The notes beneath the pieces were generated by a model. That model searched no databases and was not told the DNA's origin. It saw only the letters and a program-made list of their open reading frames with translations. 64,000 bases of DNA, taken from positions 1-64,000 of the forward strand of contig CAVPXM010000060.1 of assembly GCA_963709405.1 (NCBI GenBank). The letters are read 5' to 3'. Origin of the DNA: an uncultured Nitrososphaerales archaeon (GTDB lineage Archaea > Thermoproteota > Nitrososphaeria > Nitrososphaerales > Nitrososphaeraceae). Both the position numbers and the translations under genes were made by a program. Positions 58,655-64,000 of this stretch are shown here, one piece after another (positions within the stretch are counted from its first letter, which is position 1; each line of letters begins with the position of its first letter).

Positions 58655-61368
58655 CTACTTTTTATTTCTTTCAAGATCAGCCATTGATTTTCTTGCGCTC
58701 TCGATTGCCTTCTTTCTTCTTGGTTGAATTACTAATATATATACTGAACCTATGGTATAAATTGCCAATAAGATAAGCTGAGCAACTACTGATTCAAGGG
58801 TGGGATGAATTCCTGTCATTTCTGCCAGATTTATGTCAAGTCTTGGAACAACTCCTATAAGACTTGTCGTTGAGATATACCCAATTTCTTGAAATGAACG
58901 TATTGCATTACCCATGAATGCTATAGACATGTAGGCTCCAACTCCCATCGTCAAACCGAATAGTAGACGAAGGGGCAATTTTCTACCCAATCTTCGAATG
59001 AGAAATACTATCCCAATTATTACTGCAAGACCTGAAATAAACCCTGCAATCACATACCATTCCATATATTTTGCAAAAGACAACATTGCTTGATAAAATA
59101 GGACGGTTTCAAACCCCTCCCTATAAACAGTAAAGAAGGAAAGCATAACAAAAACTATGACACTACCAGTAGTAGTTGCCTTCCACACTTTTGCCTTTAC
59201 AAATTCTATCCATTTTTTAGTTTCAATTTTATTTAGAACCCAGAAGCTGACCCAGAATAAAATTGCCACTGCAGAAATACCAGCAACTGCTTCGATAATT
59301 TCCCTGTTAGCTCCTGAGACTTCTATAATGTATTGAGCAACAGACCACGTTACGGCGGTTGCTACAATTGAGATAATTATACCGTAATAGACGTGTTTCT
59401 TGAATCGATAATTCCTAGACGCTTCCAAATATGTTAGAATGGCTCCTATAATAAGTGCGGATTCCAATCCCTCCCTAAATATTATTGAAAATGAAGTCGA
59501 GAAGGCGATACCTGGCGCTACTACACCAGTTCCTGAAACCAGCCTCTCGGATTCATCGAGACCCTGTTTGATCTCGAATACCTTACTCTGAACTTTATCA
59601 TAAGGCACTTTGGTCTGAATTAGATTGCGTAGCTCGGCAAATTTTATTTCCATATCCAATGTGAAGTCCGGGTTAATTGGTCTTAATGGAATCTCTACGC
59701 TTTCGTAGTTATCCAAGTATGCAGAGCGCGATGTCGAAAATGCTTCTTCATAATTACCTTTTTTATATGTCGAAAGCATATCATTCAACTTCGATCCAAT
59801 CTGATCTACATCGTTTCGAACAATTCCCTTCGAGGATTCATCAGCTTGTCCGATACTTCGTCGATCTCCAGTATATACTCCAAATCCTTTACTAAGAGCT
59901 TGAATGTCAGCAAAGCCCTTGCCCTTCGTTTCAATAGTACCAGCAGATGAAACCAACTGCGTTGACAATTCATTTTTAGAAGAGCTGCCCGCAGATAGCG
60001 CTGTTGTCGTTGTCGTAATCACGGACTTGCTTCTTAGTAGAGATTCTGCCTTGTCCAAATTCACACGTATTCCGTTAATGAAAGCAACTATCTCGCTAGG
60101 ATGTGCTTTCTTATTAAGCATATCTCTAAGATGTTCTCTCAATGCCAACTCTATGTCGATCTTCAGTTTATGATCATACTTGTCAATTGGACGTTCAAGA
60201 TATTCAAAATTATCCAAATATGCAGTAACAACCGTATCATCGGCCTGACCATAGTTTCCAGCCTTGACATACGCAATCGCACTCTTAAGATCATTTTGTA
60301 TGGTCGAAAAATACGTTGCATCTTCATCTGTGGCAGGAGTGTTGTATGTTGTAGTAGTATTTCTATTGCTGTTAGCACTAATACTGCCCGTATAATTACG
60401 AGCTGACGATAATTCCTGTGTTAGATCGCTTTCAAGCTCGGAGAAGAGTCTCGAAACTGTTTGCTTATCCGATCTTTTTCCCATGTAATTTATTAGCTGG
60501 TTATACGCTAGTTTAATTTCAGAGTTCTTGTTATTACTTAAAGAATTTGATATTTTCCCATAGTTTGCTTGCGATACCTGAATCAGACCTAATGCATTTT
60601 GATAATCAATATTATCAACGTTTTTTTTGGCAATGTTTGTGTTATAATTATTTACGCTACTCACAGAGGATCCTAGTCCTCCTGCTTTGACACTATTTGA
60701 TTGAGATAAACTGAGATTGGATAGTTGGTAAGACCTGTTCGCATCGTTCAATAAGAGAGCAGCGGTTTGCGCAAGCATCATGTCTCTCTTATCGGTCTTA
60801 AGTATCGGATTTAATATTTGATTGTAAACATTAGTCAAATCATTTCTACTAACTATCAAGTCTCTCTTCACGGTAACTGGATCTCCGGTTTTTATCATAA
60901 ACGTGATATCGGTCAACCCTGATTCAAGCTTCTTGGCTGAATTGGCGTACCCTGCCTTCTCAAGAATGTTTTTTATCGAAGGAAATATGACAGTATGCGT
61001 AATGTATGAATGAGCAAATGCCATATTGCTATCCCCGTTTGCTAGGCTTCGCTCAGTCAACATTAGCTGCCGTCCTAATCCTTTCGAAATTGGTCATCAA
61101 GATTATCGCATCAGTATCATTAACTTTATCCATTAATCTCTCTGTAACCGAACCAGCAATTGCCGCAGGCGATAATAGGACCGGCTCCCATAACATTACG
61201 TCGTACAAGCTGGGCAAAGACCAGATTTTTAGATAGAAGGTAAACTGTCATAACATTTGCTAATAATAACAAGACAAGTATTGTGGCAGTTATCTGTGAT
61301 ATTCGATTTTGACTCGAGTTCTTCTTTTTACCTGCTAGCATAGTTTTTTTCTCCATCTTTCCTATCAT
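58655..61368 (-). CDS. FTR1/EfeU-family iron permease with large extracellular N-terminal region (N-terminal frameshifts)
   Basis: REGLE and REGFE (RExxE) motifs in the TM domain; two AYLDN[FY]E..E repeats; signal/TM segment in 61126..61368. Confidence 0.9.
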
Positions 61369-61812
61369 TCAAGCCTCCACTCGCATGCTATCACTATAAA
61401 TCACTATATTGATAATACTGGATTTCAGCAACTCTAGTGTCAACACCCCTTATAAAGTCTATCACAATTCTCGAGATTGAGAATGACGTGATATGATGAG
61501 TGCAGATCTGTTGGGCTGGTATCACATTTTATACTGGCGTTATTCCCAAGTCAACAATAAACACTAAATGTTAGTAATAATGGTAATACCAAATGCAGTT
61601 GGATCCCATTTTGCTCAGTAAGTTTTTAAAGATATAAATCTTTGTACTAAAAGTTGAGTGGTTGCACGGTATTCCTGAACTCTAAAGAAATGGAGATCGA
61701 TTAGCTATATCGTTATAGCATAGTACCAACACAAAAAGGGAAGATGACAGCAGAACGTGGTATAATTAGGAAGCATTAAGAGTAATCAATTCTAACTCAT
61801 ACAGGACGGCCC

Positions 61813-62004
61813 TTGACTCGAAGTACATATTGTACTAATTGCAAGAAGAATGTCGAAATGATAGAGGAGAAGTACCTGAAACTAGCTAACAGCCGTCTTG
61901 TAATCGAAGGATATTGCTCGGTATGCAAGATAAAGCTGTTGAAGGCAAAAGTAATGCCACAATCAGGAAAGAAACCACATACCAAATGGAGAAAAAGACA
62001 CTAA
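61813..62004 (+). CDS. small basic zinc-ribbon protein (DUF5679-like)
   Basis: YCTNCKK.VEM..NSR..EGYCSVCKIKL. Confidence 0.7.
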   Translation: MTRSTYCTNCKKNVEMIEEKYLKLANSRLVIEGYCSVCKIKLLKAKVMPQSGKKPHTKWRKRH

Positions 62005-62090
62005 ATAATAACTAATGCTAACGATAGATTGGAAATGTAATGACTATAAATGAAAGAAAGATAAGAATTCAAAATGAGAATTAAAATGCT

Positions 62091-62594
62091 TTATCGTATC
62101 TCCAATTTGGCAAGAATATCTTCTATATTCTGTTCGTCTTCGAGCTCAGCATCGAGCAGATCCAAGGCAAGATTGTAGGATGCATTATCCTTGTCTTTCG
62201 TACTGTTAGCCAAGTCATTATACAATTTTATTATGACCCTTTCAAATTCTAAAGCCTTCTCAAGTGAGCTTCGCAAAGTCAAATATCTAGATGGCTGTAG
62301 TTTCCCCAAACCGCTGTCTTGCTCCCACTGAGCAGGATCATCGTTAGGAGTAACCTCAAGCTGCATTAATCTAAATGCCACCTTCTTTGAATGTCCTATT
62401 TCTTCCTTTGCTCGTTCTTCAAAGAATTTTTGTTCCAACACGCCCAAACCTTCGATATTCTGCGAGATATACCAAAAGTAATGAAAAGTTGAAAGCTCGG
62501 CGCCATATGCTTTCTTTAACATCTGGACAGTACCTTCGATACCAGAGCCAGATATCTCTTTAGCCATCTTACCCATGAATAAATTCCATCTCAC
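62091..62594 (-). CDS. ferritin-like (DPS-like/bacterioferritin-like) protein
   Basis: AE..YFW, EEIGH..RLMQL, LEFER..Y, KD..SY; likely start MGKMAKEI at 62576. Confidence 0.85.
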   Translation of the reverse strand: MRWNLFMGKMAKEISGSGIEGTVQMLKKAYGAELSTFHYFWYISQNIEGLGVLEQKFFEERAKEEIGHSKKVAFRLMQLEVTPNDDPAQWEQDSGLGKLQPSRYLTLRSSLEKALEFERVIIKLYNDLANSTKDKDNASYNLALDLLDAELEDEQNIEDILAKLEIR

Positions 62595-62676
62595 AAGTTA
62601 TTTAAACATTGTCGAAGGGGATCACATTTCACGATAGTATGCAAAATACCTAGATTTATAGTGCAGATGGAATCCT

Positions 62677-62931
62677 CTATTCGCTAATGTTTTTATCTTT
62701 TCTAGTATTCGGAAGCTCTAAGCCGATTACGCCCATCATAGAATCACCTATTGGCTCAAATAGTATTCTTAGAGATTCATTGTCATAAAATCTGGCAATT
62801 TCACTTAGTTTAGATTCTATCTTTTTTTGCTCTATCTTTAAAAGAACATATCTAGCTATTAAGGCCTTTACTTCGTCTGCCTTATCTTCTGGTATCGCAT
62901 GTTTATTGTTGTTATTACTTTTAGAAGACAT
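62677..62931 (-). CDS. hypothetical small protein
   Basis: 84-aa ATG ORF co-oriented with neighbours. Confidence 0.55.
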   Translation of the reverse strand: MSSKSNNNNKHAIPEDKADEVKALIARYVLLKIEQKKIESKLSEIARFYDNESLRILFEPIGDSMMGVIGLELPNTRKDKNISE

Positions 62932-62979
62932 TACAGTATTTCGTTATCTACGTCTGCACAACACATCTTTAATTAATTA

Positions 62980-63186
62980 TTATGGCGCGTTCTTCAATAT
63001 AGTTACAGGCCCATATCTAACCTGAGTTTCATTCAATGCATATAACATCTGTTCTAAGGGATCTAGTATACCATCGGTATTCTCACATATAAATATCATA
63101 GAGTTATCTTCATCAAATTCTAGCCGATCCTGTTCCTCACACCTCTCACTTTTGTTTAAATGAAGAAGTTCTTGTTGTGAAATCAT
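62980..63186 (-). CDS. hypothetical small acidic protein
   Basis: 68-aa leaderless ORF with TATA 28 bp upstream. Confidence 0.55.
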   Translation of the reverse strand: MISQQELLHLNKSERCEEQDRLEFDEDNSMIFICENTDGILDPLEQMLYALNETQVRYGPVTILKNAP

Positions 63187-63221
63187 TAGGTGCCCCTAAT
63201 TAGGGGCGTCTAATATTTAAA
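63186..63221 (-). promoter_or_regulatory. two abutting TTAGG-N4-CCTAA-type operators plus TATA box
   Basis: TTAGGTGCCCCTAA (63186-99), TTAGGGGCGTCTAA (63200-13), then TATTTAAA; same layout as 58252-58287. Confidence 0.75.
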
Positions 63222-63236
63222 CGATCTTGTTCTCTT

Positions 63237-64000
63237 GGCTCTGTAGAAACCATGTTTTGAATACCGTTAGAGCTTTCTAGACGTATGATCCAATATGGAT
63301 GTTGAAAGAATCAAGATATGTTAGGCTGGCAAATACTATGTACCGTGTTTTGAAAAATTCAAGGATACCATTGTTTCTTCACAGGAAGAGCAACCATATC
63401 TTTACGATGTGGCAGCATCTAGTATTGCTTACAATAAGACAGTACGAAGGTAAGAAAGAGTTATAGAATGTTTGTTGAGTGGTTAATTGAAGCGTATTAC
63501 TTAAGAATCTTTCTACGATTATCACGTATACCTCATTTTACAACATTGCAGAAATTTACAGAAAGAATTAACAATGCATTGCTCGAAAGGATAATTTCGT
63601 CATTCATTGTAATTAGCGGTACCAAGCATATCTTTGTAGGAATAGATTCGACAGGATTCAAGAAAGATAACTCATGCTTCACAGTATTGTACTGATCGAA
63701 CAGGATTAGAAAGAAGAAAATATGCGAAATTATCTATTGGAGCCGATGTATTACTACAAATCATATGTACTATTAAGATAAGACGAGCTCCAACAAGACA
63801 TGATAATATAGATTTCAAGCCAATCAGTAATAAGGACGTCAAATATCCTTCCATTATCTGTAGTTACAGCTGATAAGGGATATGATAGTGAAGATAATCA
63901 TCTTTTGGTAAGAGAAGACTTATGCGTTCAGTGTAATCCCAGCTCGATATGAGCACGTACCAATATGGAGAACACATGGCAAATACAGAAAGCAGATGAA
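63237..64000 (+). mobile_element. IS5-like DDE transposase element (frameshifted, runs off window end)
   Basis: Putative end GGCTCTGTAGAAAC at 63237; ORF from ~63299; IPHFTTLQKF, GIDSTGF, TADKGYDSE motifs. Confidence 0.85.

Overview
64 kb of an ammonia-oxidising archaeon, most likely soil Nitrososphaeraceae. The evidence is an A-type ATP synthase operon, pelota, RqcH, CDC48, a GPN GTPase, tetraether synthase Tes, the HP/HB-cycle enoyl-CoA hydratase, cbi genes and TATA-box promoters. The centre (~9.4-52.9 kb) is mostly core genes. The left end (1-9.3 kb) is a decaying accessory region with a two-domain multicopper oxidase between direct repeats, an unannotated Cys-rich microprotein, and an IS110 remnant preceded by a structured non-coding leader (candidate bridge RNA). 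The right end (53-64 kb) holds a subtilisin, an iron-related island (FTR1 permease, ferritin-like protein, regulators) with tandem TTAGG-N4-CCTAA operators, and an IS5-like transposase. About 15 genes, including essential ones, are split by small indels, most likely long-read consensus errors. No rRNA, tRNA or CRISPR array was seen. Highlights: the IS110 leader, the DtxR-type operator set, a glutamate-racemase homolog with both catalytic Cys replaced by Ser next to hydantoinase- and TatD-like genes, and missed metal-binding microproteins. All calls are from motif recognition by eye; no database searches were run.
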